A DNA stretch of 64,000 bases, taken from sequence record PZ049694.1; one strand, 5' to 3'. Shown here piece by piece: positions 35,161 to 44,070 of this stretch. Every line of letters starts with the position of its first letter. Positions within the stretch are counted from its first letter, which is position 1. This stretch comes from a phage. Below the pieces are notes generated by a model. The model was not told the origin of the DNA. It did not search any database and saw only the letters and a list, made by a program, of their open reading frames with translations. The position numbers and the translations under genes are program-made.

Positions 35161-36110
35161 TATAACACCTCAATGGCATTTCGTAAGCCATCCGCTTTCG
35201 CATTCAGAGCTTTTAACGATTTAGTTTGTTCTGCAATCTGGGCTTCGACTTCTTTCAGACGAGATTTGAGATATTCGCGTTCTTCTCTTAAGTTATCAAC
35301 TTTTTCTGCTTTAGGCTCTTTAATAGGCTTAGGCTTATACTCATTAGGGTTCTTCAACTTAATTTGAATGCGAGAACTGTATAACATTGAACCGTTATCT
35401 TCGGTTTCGCTGAACATTTCAACAACATCCATAGTCTGTAATATCATACGAAGTTTATAAGACAGCGAACTAACGGTTTTGTTGCGCTTATTAATTTCTT
35501 CGGCTTTCATGGTACCGAGATTACGTGAGTAGTAATAAGGAACCTGGATATCAATTGACAATGATGCGTTACCATTACCAGTTGGTTTGAATACTGCAGT
35601 AACCCAATCTTTAACATGAACTTTATTTGTACGACCGTCGCCGCCTGTGAATAATTTACGTGAATGTTTAAAAAGCATATTCACTTGGTTATTGAATTCA
35701 CAAGCAAATTTATCAGCAAATTTAGTTTCAGGAATGGTAGATAACCAATCAGCCAAATGAGTCTTTTTAACATCGTTAATAATAGTAAATTCAACTAAAT
35801 CAGTTTTAGATGTCACAGATTTAATAAAGCTCGGCTTCATAAAGTTTTTAATGTTATCGCGAGCTACAGTAGAAGATAATAAACGAGAACGTTTGAACCA
35901 TTGAAGCAGTGTCCCTAATGAATGAGAATACGCATTCTGAGTATCTTTACAGATATGATTTTCTTGGCCTGTGTATGTACCAAAATCGCGAAGAATACCA
36001 CTTACTACAACTCGGTGTGGAACATCAAATCCTAATGAACCAGAAGCACGTTGGGCATGAACGTTAGCGATAAGACCTGCAAAATAATCAACATAATGTG
36101 AACGTGTCAT
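35160..36110 (-). CDS. hypothetical protein (316 aa) with C-terminal coiled coil
   Basis: C-terminal heptad-rich segment REEREYLKSRLKEVEAQIAEQTKSLKALNAKADGLRNAIEVL. Confidence 0.55.
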   Translation of the reverse strand: MTRSHYVDYFAGLIANVHAQRASGSLGFDVPHRVVVSGILRDFGTYTGQENHICKDTQNAYSHSLGTLLQWFKRSRLLSSTVARDNIKNFMKPSFIKSVTSKTDLVEFTIINDVKKTHLADWLSTIPETKFADKFACEFNNQVNMLFKHSRKLFTGGDGRTNKVHVKDWVTAVFKPTGNGNASLSIDIQVPYYYSRNLGTMKAEEINKRNKTVSSLSYKLRMILQTMDVVEMFSETEDNGSMLYSSRIQIKLKNPNEYKPKPIKEPKAEKVDNLREEREYLKSRLKEVEAQIAEQTKSLKALNAKADGLRNAIEVL

Positions 36111-36138
36111 AATATTTTCCTCTCGTTAAGATAGAAAG

Positions 36139-36167
36139 ATTATACTCCAACCATCCTTGGTTGTAAA
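36139..36167 (-). promoter_or_regulatory. early-type sigma70 promoter cassette
   Basis: Minus strand -35 TTTACA, 17-bp spacer, -10 TATAAT; block ttatactccaaccatccttggttgta repeated at 37132. Confidence 0.55.
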
Positions 36168-36172
36168 CTGAT

Positions 36173-37105
36173 TTATGATTTTAATGCATTCATTGCGTTA
36201 AAAAGTTTAGAGTACTGCAACTGGAGCTTGGTAACTACTTGTTGAGCATCACGAAGCTTAGCTTGTGCTTTGTCAAGTTCAACAGACAGTTGGTCCACAG
36301 TGCCTTTGATTTGATTATAATAGTAATCTTCGGCAGGAAGAAGACCGTTAGAGATTTCCAGTTTAGTCGACGGTGTGCCGTTAAACATAACAGGTTGTGC
36401 TGAAGCTGCATTAATCTTACCGATAGTTGGGGCGACAATAATTGACGCTTCGAACGTTGCATTTTCCTTTTTAAGATTTTGATAGTATTCAGAGTCTTTG
36501 TGCCACCATGGCGCAGGAACCTTTTTACCAATAGATACACGAGCCTGGATAGCGATATGGCCCTTATTCTTGATAGGGTTGATAATATTAAGCTCACGAG
36601 AATAAATTGCTTTAATCTGGTGAATATTATCACCTAGCACTTCCAACGCTTGGTGGAATACACGAGCAACGTTATCATTCTTAGGTTTATACGTAAGAGT
36701 GAACTCGTTCTCACTGATAACCATGATTTCCAACTTATCGTAAGTATATTTCAAATGTTTCATGTTAATTGCTTGAGGACGAATACGAGAAGCAATGGCC
36801 ATCAGATTGTTAAGGTTATTCCGGAACTGCTTAGCGAAATATTGTCCTTCACCGCCAATACAAAAATTACGAAGTTTCTGTTTGGCTAATAAACGGCTGA
36901 ACTCACCATTTTTAATGAACTCTTTAACGGGTGTGTTAGTAACGCATTCAAATTGAGTAAACTTACGAGAATTAATCCCATAATACGAACAGATTTCCTC
37001 AATCTCTTCAGGAGTCTTTACAGGCATACGGATAGGATTAGGTCCTGGGGTATATGCGTTCGAGGTAAATTCTTTGATAAGTTCTCTACGTGTAATAGAA
37101 GCCAT
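36173..37105 (-). CDS. hypothetical protein (310 aa) with C-terminal coiled coil
   Basis: C-terminal coiled-coil segment LSVELDKAQAKLRDAQQVVTKLQLQYSKLFNAMNALKS. Confidence 0.55.
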   Translation of the reverse strand: MASITRRELIKEFTSNAYTPGPNPIRMPVKTPEEIEEICSYYGINSRKFTQFECVTNTPVKEFIKNGEFSRLLAKQKLRNFCIGGEGQYFAKQFRNNLNNLMAIASRIRPQAINMKHLKYTYDKLEIMVISENEFTLTYKPKNDNVARVFHQALEVLGDNIHQIKAIYSRELNIINPIKNKGHIAIQARVSIGKKVPAPWWHKDSEYYQNLKKENATFEASIIVAPTIGKINAASAQPVMFNGTPSTKLEISNGLLPAEDYYYNQIKGTVDQLSVELDKAQAKLRDAQQVVTKLQLQYSKLFNAMNALKS

Positions 37106-37131
37106 TTTATATTCCTCATGTTGAAAAATTT

Positions 37132-37160
37132 ATTATACTCCAACCATCCTTGGTTGTACA
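37132..37160 (-). promoter_or_regulatory. early-type sigma70 promoter cassette (repeat of 36139-36167)
   Basis: Identical block tattatactccaaccatccttggttgta; -10 TATAAT, -35 TGTACA. Confidence 0.5.
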
Positions 37161-38156
37161 TCATTCCTTAAGAAGTTTTACTACTTGAATAAGATTAGCT
37201 CGTTCTGTTTTATTTTTACCGTTTAAGCCTGCTAATCGTGAGATTTCATCATCAGTCTGTTGAATAGTTACATTAAGTTCGTTAATCAAAGCTTCAAAGT
37301 ATTTGATTTGCTCAGCATGTTTTGATTCAAATTTTTGAACCGGAATAACGTCTTGGTTTAGTTCATCAATAAGGTCTTTAAGAGCATCTTCTTGGTTGAT
37401 ATCATATTCAACTTCTTTTATTTCTTCAACGAGCTCGTCTTTATATCTAACGTCTTTTAGTCCTGGTGCTGGTCCTGAAATCTCTTCTTTAAGAGTACAA
37501 ACATATCCAATACGGTATCCAATACCGTCTCGCTTGATAACAACTTCGTCAATAAATCCACAATGTTTAAGACCGGAGCCGATTAGGTCAAAATATCCTT
37601 GACGTCGTCCTTCAAACGTTACACGAACTACTAAGACAGTTTTACCTGCAACCTTTTGAAGCTCACATTTATAAAAGTCTGTTGAACCTGAATAACGTGG
37701 ATGAGTTTTAAAGTTCATCTGACGATCTAGACCCATTTGTAAGCGTGCTGATACGGCCATAAAACGTGTTTGGTTCTCGTTAAGATGAGCAACAATCCAT
37801 TTCAAAGGCATTTTACACTGTTCACGACCGAACAAATCAGTACGTCCTAGATTACGCAGGATGTTGTTAGAGTTAATCATCGACAGAACGTTAAGTTTAT
37901 TCAGCGCGCTGAAGATTCCATCGGCCATTGATTTTCCGTAACCTTTACACGCTTTAATAAGCGCTCGCGGTAGATTAGTATAGATTTCAGACGGCATATG
38001 AAAATCAAATTTACTAGTCAGTAATTGATGAACTTGGATAGCAATTTGCTCATAATTAAGTGCTCTGCGATCATTATGGTCTTTAAACCACACTTTAATC
38101 TGTGAAGCACATAAACCGTTAATTTCATGTTTTACCGCATCAGATGTAATGCTCAT
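37161..38156 (-). CDS. hypothetical protein (331 aa) with C-terminal coiled coil
   Basis: C-terminal coiled coil; third member of a tandem set of similarly sized genes. Confidence 0.55.
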   Translation of the reverse strand: MSITSDAVKHEINGLCASQIKVWFKDHNDRRALNYEQIAIQVHQLLTSKFDFHMPSEIYTNLPRALIKACKGYGKSMADGIFSALNKLNVLSMINSNNILRNLGRTDLFGREQCKMPLKWIVAHLNENQTRFMAVSARLQMGLDRQMNFKTHPRYSGSTDFYKCELQKVAGKTVLVVRVTFEGRRQGYFDLIGSGLKHCGFIDEVVIKRDGIGYRIGYVCTLKEEISGPAPGLKDVRYKDELVEEIKEVEYDINQEDALKDLIDELNQDVIPVQKFESKHAEQIKYFEALINELNVTIQQTDDEISRLAGLNGKNKTERANLIQVVKLLKE

Positions 38157-38218
38157 AACTATTTCCTCAGATTGAATTGGAACTCAAAACCATTATAACC
38201 CGTCCTTGGGTAAAGCGT

Positions 38219-38746
38219 TTATGCGTGAACCGTCTTTAAACGTTCTTCAAATTTCCGAAGAGTACTAATACGTTCTGCTTTCTGTTTTGTATAGTTTGCA
38301 ATACGTTCTGAAGTGAGAGCGTATCGTTCGTTTACTGTTTCTTTCATGAAGTCAGGGATTTCACGAGAAGCTTTAATTTCATCAAACTTATCGAGTACTG
38401 CCTGGTCTTCAGCGATTAAATTTTCGTACATCTCGATATCTTTCTTGATAAACTCGATATCTTCCTGGGTTACTTTGGATAAACGAGATGCTTTATCCTT
38501 TTTGTACTGCTCGTTAGTTTCACGAGACCAGAATAATGTACGTTTTTTGTTAGTGTTTTTGTAGACTTCCACAATTCCAACTGAATCGATGATAGCAATC
38601 CAATTCCAGCGAGATTTGAAAATCTGACCTCCGTCCACGGTAATCTCGTTACCATAAGCAACGTCATTAAAGAACTTGCTTTGTGCTTCAGATTTAAATT
38701 TACCGTCGTTATAATTTACCAGGTTGAAAATATCTTTAGCGTTCAT
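38219..38746 (-). CDS. hypothetical protein (175 aa)
   Basis: Minus-strand ORF. Confidence 0.5.
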   Translation of the reverse strand: MNAKDIFNLVNYNDGKFKSEAQSKFFNDVAYGNEITVDGGQIFKSRWNWIAIIDSVGIVEVYKNTNKKRTLFWSRETNEQYKKDKASRLSKVTQEDIEFIKKDIEMYENLIAEDQAVLDKFDEIKASREIPDFMKETVNERYALTSERIANYTKQKAERISTLRKFEERLKTVHA

Positions 38747-38773
38747 GTTTTACCTCCAGTAGTTGATAGGTCT

Positions 38774-38802
38774 ATAATAACATAACCATAGACCTTGTAA
38801 AC
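38774..38802 (-). promoter_or_regulatory. early-type sigma70 promoter cassette
   Basis: Minus strand -35 GTTTAC, -10 TATTAT; inverted repeat ggtctat...atagacc. Confidence 0.45.
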
Positions 38803-38804
38803 AA

Positions 38805-39092
38805 CTAAAAGAAACTTTTTTCGGTATTTTTTCCACTGAACCAAACCGATTTCGGAATTTTCTGTAATTTTTCAGATTTAAGTTTCTCTTCCTGTTCTTT
38901 CTTATATGCATCCTTGTCGTACTGGAACAACTCTAAGGCATTCTTTTGTAGACGGTCTAAGGTAATTAAGGCTTTAGTTTTTCCTTTCAAGGAAGAGTCC
39001 TGGCGAACCTCCTCGCTATATTGCATCGTAGAACTAACCATACGATGTGCATAGAGTTCGACTGCGGCTTTAATTTTTTGCATAAAATCCAT
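38805..39092 (-). CDS. hypothetical protein (95 aa)
   Basis: Minus-strand ORF. Confidence 0.45.
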   Translation of the reverse strand: MDFMQKIKAAVELYAHRMVSSTMQYSEEVRQDSSLKGKTKALITLDRLQKNALELFQYDKDAYKKEQEEKLKSEKLQKIPKSVWFSGKNTEKSFF

Positions 39093-39230
39093 AACATATC
39101 CTCTTTGATTTGTACATCATTATTTTTAAATATTTCTATGCCCTCAGTAGGTTCCTGGTGTCCTTCTTTGAGGTAAGCCATATGATTATTCATCTTTATG
39201 GCTTTTGTTACCTCAGAACTTCCTATAAGC

Positions 39231-40232
39231 TTATTTCAGTAAAGTTACTTCAGAGATTTCCTCCCAACCATCTTTATCAGTTGAAATAAAATCTGCTACG
39301 TAAAGAGCCGTACGTAATGATACATTGCGAAGACGAGATACGTTAGCCTTCATCCAGGACAATGCTTTATACGTTTCTGCATCCGTCAGACCACGTTTCT
39401 GCATCATGTCAGTAGATAATATTACATCTTCAACTCGAACCATAATCTCTTCATTAGAGTGTACTCCAAGGTCGAGATACACTGAACGAGATACTAAAGC
39501 TTGAAGGTGTGGGGCAAGTTTCGAACCGCGTTCTAACTCTTTATCGATATCAACGTTTGTAATGAAAACGATAGTACCTTCAAACTCAAATTCTTTATCA
39601 ATACCCTTATCATCGAGATAAGATGACGCAGTGCTCCAACAAACTTTGCGTTTATCTCCAGTATCTAATGCTGCTTTAAGAAGGTTCAAGATGTCCATAT
39701 CTGAGAATACGTCAACGTCGTCGATTAAGAGAACGCTGTCTGCATCACGGTTGAGCCAAAGTTGTTCGTAAAGGCCGATACCAGAGATTTTACCATTAAT
39801 GCTTTTGTATTTGATGAAACCATTATCATTAGCGTTATTAAGTGCTTTATCCAGAGAATACGTCTTACCAATACCAGCTGCACCTGAAATAATGAGTGAA
39901 CGAATTTTACCATCGATAATGCCATTCGTCATCATGTTCATTACTTTAAAGCGTTTGTTGATACGAGTTTTCATATCTTCAGTGCTTTCAACGACTGCAA
40001 CTGGTGATGTCTCAACTCCTTCCATTACGATGTCTGATTTGAAGACCCATACTCCACGTTCAGAACCGTCAATCATAACGAAGATTTTACCATCACCTAA
40101 GTGGGAACATTCAGGATTAAGCTTTGCCGGGAACCAGGTCTTTGTGGCAACATAAGAACCAGAGATTTCGTTATTACGATAGATACCTTTTTTGATTTGA
40201 ACGTTGAACATTTTATTCTCCAATTTACTCAT
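39231..40232 (-). CDS. P-loop NTPase (AAA-like ATPase) of unknown function
   Basis: 333 aa; Walker A GAAGIGKTY; Walker B VLLIDDVD. Confidence 0.6.
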   Translation of the reverse strand: MSKLENKMFNVQIKKGIYRNNEISGSYVATKTWFPAKLNPECSHLGDGKIFVMIDGSERGVWVFKSDIVMEGVETSPVAVVESTEDMKTRINKRFKVMNMMTNGIIDGKIRSLIISGAAGIGKTYSLDKALNNANDNGFIKYKSINGKISGIGLYEQLWLNRDADSVLLIDDVDVFSDMDILNLLKAALDTGDKRKVCWSTASSYLDDKGIDKEFEFEGTIVFITNVDIDKELERGSKLAPHLQALVSRSVYLDLGVHSNEEIMVRVEDVILSTDMMQKRGLTDAETYKALSWMKANVSRLRNVSLRTALYVADFISTDKDGWEEISEVTLLK

Positions 40233-40309
40233 TTCGTTTCGATAGGTCTATAGTATCATATCCTAAAAGCATGTACACTACTTTTTTAAAAATATTTTAA
40301 CCCCCTAAA

Positions 40310-40325
40310 GGGACCCGAAGGTCCC
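40310..40325 (-). terminator. UUCG-tetraloop hairpin, terminator-like
   Basis: gggacc-cgaa-ggtccc immediately downstream of the 40331-40612 gene; weak U-run. Confidence 0.45.
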
Positions 40326-40330
40326 CACAT

Positions 40331-40612
40331 TTACTTATCGCACTTAGCAACATAATTAGGCATATCACAGAATACGGAGCGAGTAACTACTCGGCCCTTT
40401 GACCATGCTTCAGTTGCTTGTCCGGCTGTGCTATTAATATAGCTTGATCTAATGTTCTCAATACCCTGAGAATGTGAGGCATTTACCGAACCATTAGAAG
40501 ACCCAGAAGACTGGTTACCGCCAGCTCCTGCACTACCGCTGGCTGCACCCGTGGTAGCACCAACAGAGAATGCCATCATTACTGCGAATAAACCAATTAC
40601 TAATTTTTTCAT
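40331..40612 (-). CDS. secreted Gly/Ser-rich protein (93 aa)
   Basis: Signal peptide MKKLVIGLFAVMMAFSVGA; Gly/Ser-rich middle; two C-terminal Cys; late promoter upstream. Confidence 0.55.
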   Translation of the reverse strand: MKKLVIGLFAVMMAFSVGATTGAASGSAGAGGNQSSGSSNGSVNASHSQGIENIRSSYINSTAGQATEAWSKGRVVTRSVFCDMPNYVAKCDK

Positions 40613-40643
40613 ATTTACCTCAAGTTAATGGTTATTTATCTAC

Positions 40644-41657
40644 TTATTTATAGTAAGAATTATGATTTTCGAGATAGACTTGTTCAAGGAAGTCATCCCA
40701 GAAACTCATATCTACTTTTTGTTGCATACCGTTCTTGGCCGCTTGTTCTGACGCATGTTCAACTTGGTCAACGATATCTTCTAGGAATTCTTGTACAGTT
40801 TTAAACGTATGTTTACCAAGCTTAACATCGAGAATAAATGGAGCATCCTGAAGTGGGTAAACCAAGTCACCAGTTTTGTAAATTTCCAATAGTTGGAGTC
40901 CACCACGACAAGCATGACTTAGAGCTTTCCAGTCAATGCCCTCATTCGCTTCAGCCTTACGAGCACGTTCGCCATATTCAGCATCAAGTTTATTCAAAGA
41001 CTGCTTAAGCTCAATAAGAGAAAGTGTTGTCTGATATTTACGACCCAACACGGTATAGAACGTTTGCGGGCCTGTTTTCTCGTGGTTATGGAATACCCAT
41101 TCACAGAACTCGTTTTCAGGGAGTCTGTGTTTGATATCTTCTACCTTAGTACGACGAAGTCTATCAGGGATTCCTTCTTGATAGTCGACCCACTGGTCAG
41201 GGATTTGATTAACTACTTTCAATACATCACGTAATGCGGCCAAACGAGAACCCTTGACACCGTATTTAGAAGCTTGCTTGCGGACATATCCTAAATAGGA
41301 TTTCATGTTAGTTGTATAAAACCGTGAACGATTGTCTTGGATAAATTTCCATACATCAGGCAAATCAGATTTAACCACTAGTTCAGGCGGAGTGTGAAGC
41401 ATATCCAATGCTACAGTTTCACCATCTGCTGCTAATTTAAAGAAATACTTAAGACTGTACAGTTCATGGTCAATATCATCTTTGGTGTTTTTAGATGATG
41501 TGTTGTTAGTGTTTTTACTCATATGCTCTTTAACATTTCCGATAAGAATATCGCGAGCAGGAGGAACAAAGATTTCTTTAAAATCGACGTCAGATTCAGG
41601 AGTAGACGTTCCATAAAGGTGGCTACCAAAGTAGCCTTTCATAATTGTTTTCATCAT
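40644..41657 (-). CDS. Pol-beta-superfamily nucleotidyltransferase-domain protein (337 aa)
   Basis: N-terminal GSHLYGTSTPESDVDF fits the hG[GS]x9-13DhD nucleotidyltransferase signature. Confidence 0.55.
   Translation of the reverse strand: MMKTIMKGYFGSHLYGTSTPESDVDFKEIFVPPARDILIGNVKEHMSKNTNNTSSKNTKDDIDHELYSLKYFFKLAADGETVALDMLHTPPELVVKSDLPDVWKFIQDNRSRFYTTNMKSYLGYVRKQASKYGVKGSRLAALRDVLKVVNQIPDQWVDYQEGIPDRLRRTKVEDIKHRLPENEFCEWVFHNHEKTGPQTFYTVLGRKYQTTLSLIELKQSLNKLDAEYGERARKAEANEGIDWKALSHACRGGLQLLEIYKTGDLVYPLQDAPFILDVKLGKHTFKTVQEFLEDIVDQVEHASEQAAKNGMQQKVDMSFWDDFLEQVYLENHNSYYK
40645..40652 (-). promoter_or_regulatory. T4-type late promoter (TATAAATA)
   Basis: Plus strand tatttata 33 nt upstream of the secreted-protein gene; overlaps the stop of the upstream gene. 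Confidence 0.5.
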
Positions 41658-42127
41658 TTAGCCTTATATTCAAGAGTAGGACAGACTTTTTCTTTACGAG
41701 CTTTAAGGTATTCACCTATTAATGATTTCTTACGTTCAATAGGTCCAAGTCCATTTTTAATTCGTTCTTGGTTTTGTGCAATGAACTCAATTTCTTTATA
41801 ATATTTTCTGTCGTTATATTTGTCTAACAACCAAGACGGACCAATTACCAACCCGGCAGAAATAAAAGCCATGACTGCTACCATTAAAATGCCTACGCCA
41901 ATTGAGGCTGGAACTAATGTCCATAGACTGCTAAAAACAAAGAATCTAGTTAAAATTTCCTGGCCAATGATTGTTACTGCTGCTAAAATCGCAAATCCGA
42001 TAATTGAAACAGACAATACTGGGATTAACGTTTTCCAAAAATAAGCACACAACGTTTTAGGGCGATTCCATGTACTATTGAACGCGGCATAAATTTTAAA
42101 GTGCCAAGAGTTTTCATTGATAATCAT
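41654..42127 (-). CDS. membrane protein (157 aa)
   Basis: Three or more hydrophobic helices; stop overlaps the nucleotidyltransferase start. Confidence 0.5.
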   Translation of the reverse strand: MIINENSWHFKIYAAFNSTWNRPKTLCAYFWKTLIPVLSVSIIGFAILAAVTIIGQEILTRFFVFSSLWTLVPASIGVGILMVAVMAFISAGLVIGPSWLLDKYNDRKYYKEIEFIAQNQERIKNGLGPIERKKSLIGEYLKARKEKVCPTLEYKAK

Positions 42128-42136
42128 AATAATTCC

Positions 42137-42679
42137 TTATTTCAAAGTCGGGATAATAGAATCAAGATAAGCTTTAAGAGCTACAGCTTCGTCTTTGGTA
42201 AATGTAGTAACATGTGAACGTAAATCATCATTTTGGCGAATAGTTACGACATCACCATCTTCATAAGAATTCATGACTGCCAAAGTCGTGGTATAGTTTG
42301 GAGCTATTGGATTAATAATGTAAGCACCACGACTGATACCCCATTTAAGTTTAGCCTTTTCAGGTGGTTCGGATTCCAAGAATTCTTTCACCTTAGCAAC
42401 GAATGTTTTCCAGTTATCGATAGAAAGGCATTTGTCTTCAGTTTCGATATTAGCACCGTTATAAAGCCCATGATAAAAACGAGCCTGAAGGTCTCCACCA
42501 ATATTAATTGCCGATGCATGACCAGGCGGATTGAGTTTCAAAATCTCGTCTAGTTCCATAGGACAAATAGTAATACCATCATCTTCCTGAGTCAGAACGT
42601 ATACATTACCACGTTTTTCGATAGTCAAATCACCGAACAGTTCGGTTGTTTCAATTACAGTTTTCATATTATTCACCAA
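42137..42679 (-). CDS. hypothetical protein (180 aa)
   Basis: Minus-strand ORF. Confidence 0.5.
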   Translation of the reverse strand: MVNNMKTVIETTELFGDLTIEKRGNVYVLTQEDDGITICPMELDEILKLNPPGHASAINIGGDLQARFYHGLYNGANIETEDKCLSIDNWKTFVAKVKEFLESEPPEKAKLKWGISRGAYIINPIAPNYTTTLAVMNSYEDGDVVTIRQNDDLRSHVTTFTKDEAVALKAYLDSIIPTLK

Positions 42680-42983
42680 TTAAAGTTTCAACAAAATTCA
42701 CCAAATCATTCTGACGAGAATCAACTTGTTTTTCATAAAAGTCTCCACAGTCATTTACTGCATGATAAGCTACATCATTTAAATCTGAATCAGCTTCACG
42801 TAAGTCATGGATAAGGTCCATCAATTTATTAGCTTGTTCACGGGTCATTTTACCATACTCGTTTCAATAAGATTCACTATGCCGTTTACCATGTTATAAG
42901 TAAACATCGGATAATTGTATTGTACTACAACATAAGCGATAAGCAAAAGTTTCATTTTGTTCTCCGTTTGTTTTGATAGGACT

Positions 42984-43012
42984 ACTATAACATAGTCCTA
43001 CCAAGATGTAAA
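42984..43012 (-). promoter_or_regulatory. early-type sigma70 promoter cassette
   Basis: Minus strand -35 TTTACA, 17-bp spacer, -10 TATAGT; inverted repeat aggacta...tagtcct. Confidence 0.5.
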
Positions 43013-43249
43013 CTACCGATTGTGTTTTAAATGTTGATAAAGTTCTTCAACTTGTTTAGGGTCCAAAACAATTAGGTCATTTTCTTGGCGAAGATAAATC
43101 CATCCCTTATCCCCAGGACCATTTTTACAAAACATCACCGTCGTCATATCGTCATCTTCAGCGCTTTCAGGTAAAAGTTCAAGTACACCGTCTTCAGATT
43201 TTCCAGTATAATCGTAAAGCATAATATCCTCACATAATCTCGTTAACAT
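43013..43249 (-). CDS. hypothetical protein (78 aa)
   Basis: Minus-strand ORF. Confidence 0.45.
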   Translation of the reverse strand: MLTRLCEDIMLYDYTGKSEDGVLELLPESAEDDDMTTVMFCKNGPGDKGWIYLRQENDLIVLDPKQVEELYQHLKHNR

Positions 43250-43409
43250 ACATTTGCAATTCGGAGTGGGCTTCGGCCATCTTTTTCATAGCTCTGTTAA
43301 TGTCGATGTCTCCATCTTCGCAACCATGAGCATTTTCCCAATCAGATACCGCATTAGCGTACTCTTCAATCAAAAACATTAACTTAGAAATTTTTTCTTT
43401 ACGTGACAT
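43230..43409 (-). CDS. hypothetical protein (59 aa)
   Basis: Track ORF has a TTG start inside the promoter; trimmed to internal ATG with GAGGAG SD. Confidence 0.4.
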   Translation of the reverse strand: MSRKEKISKLMFLIEEYANAVSDWENAHGCEDGDIDINRAMKKMAEAHSELQMYVNEIM

Positions 43410-43436
43410 AACGTTCTCCTCTAGTAAGTAAGGACT

Positions 43437-43465
43437 ACTATAACACAACCTGAGGAGAAGTAAAC
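43437..43465 (-). promoter_or_regulatory. early-type sigma70 promoter cassette
   Basis: Minus strand -35 GTTTAC, 17-bp spacer, -10 TATAGT. Confidence 0.45.
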
Positions 43466-43476
43466 TGATAGATGCC

Positions 43477-43504
43477 AAAAAGCCCCAACCATAAGGAAGG
43501 GGCT
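43477..43504 (-). terminator. rho-independent terminator downstream of rI
   Basis: agcccc...ggggct hairpin followed on the minus strand by a U-run; same architecture as 59326-59354. Confidence 0.6.
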
Positions 43505-43510
43505 AGTAAA

Positions 43511-43813
43511 TTAGATAGATGTAGGCTCTAATTTTATTTTCATGAACTCGGCAAATTGTCTGGCAGTTTTTATGCCTTGTTCATGACATTCAAATGCATC
43601 ATCACAGGGGCTATTTTTGTAATGCTTTACCATATACTTATAGAATTTTTCAGAATTCTCGACATTTTGAATTTCAAACAAAGTATATACGTTTTTAATC
43701 CCTGATTCCATAAAGTTGTCAAAATATGGGTCGGTGTACGCAGTACCAACGATAGGAGTTGTTGCTGCAAAAAACCCCAGCATCGCCATGACAGCTATCG
43801 CTCTTAAGGCCAT
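43511..43813 (-). CDS. rI: lysis-inhibition antiholin RI
   Basis: 100 aa; signal/SAR N-terminus; DPYFDNFMESGIKNVYTLFE and KNSPCDDAFEC as remembered for T4 RI. Confidence 0.75.
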   Translation of the reverse strand: MALRAIAVMAMLGFFAATTPIVGTAYTDPYFDNFMESGIKNVYTLFEIQNVENSEKFYKYMVKHYKNSPCDDAFECHEQGIKTARQFAEFMKIKLEPTSI

Positions 43814-43825
43814 ATAGGCCTCCTG

Positions 43826-44038
43826 TTAATTTTGGCCAGTATTTATTTTTCGCCTTTGGACGGCCTTAACATCTGTGAGGTATTTTTCCAGCTTGCGCTT
43901 GCGTGTATAATCAGCTTTAGAACCAGTTTGACGGATATCCTCGTTTAAATGAGAAATAGAATGTCCTAATTCTCTTCGGATTTCATCCAGTTGGGTTACA
44001 GTAAGATTACGAAGTTGTCTTTCGTTTAATTGCTGCAT
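43826..44038 (-). CDS. hypothetical protein (70 aa)
   Basis: Minus-strand ORF with candidate late promoter upstream. Confidence 0.45.
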   Translation of the reverse strand: MQQLNERQLRNLTVTQLDEIRRELGHSISHLNEDIRQTGSKADYTRKRKLEKYLTDVKAVQRRKINTGQN

Positions 44039-44062
44039 ATATACCTCTTGGTTAGATATTAG

Positions 44063-44070
44063 TATTTATA
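44063..44070 (-). promoter_or_regulatory. candidate late promoter (TATAAATA)
   Basis: Plus strand tatttata overlapping the tk stop, 25 nt upstream of the 43826-44038 start. Confidence 0.4.

Noticed and set aside
36235-36633. 132-aa minus-strand ORF nested in the 36173-37105 gene
   Set aside because: Alternative-frame ORF inside a longer gene. Same for 38470-38667, 39725-39925, 48710-48901, 52321-52557, 52847-53047, 57011-57319 and 61049-61276.
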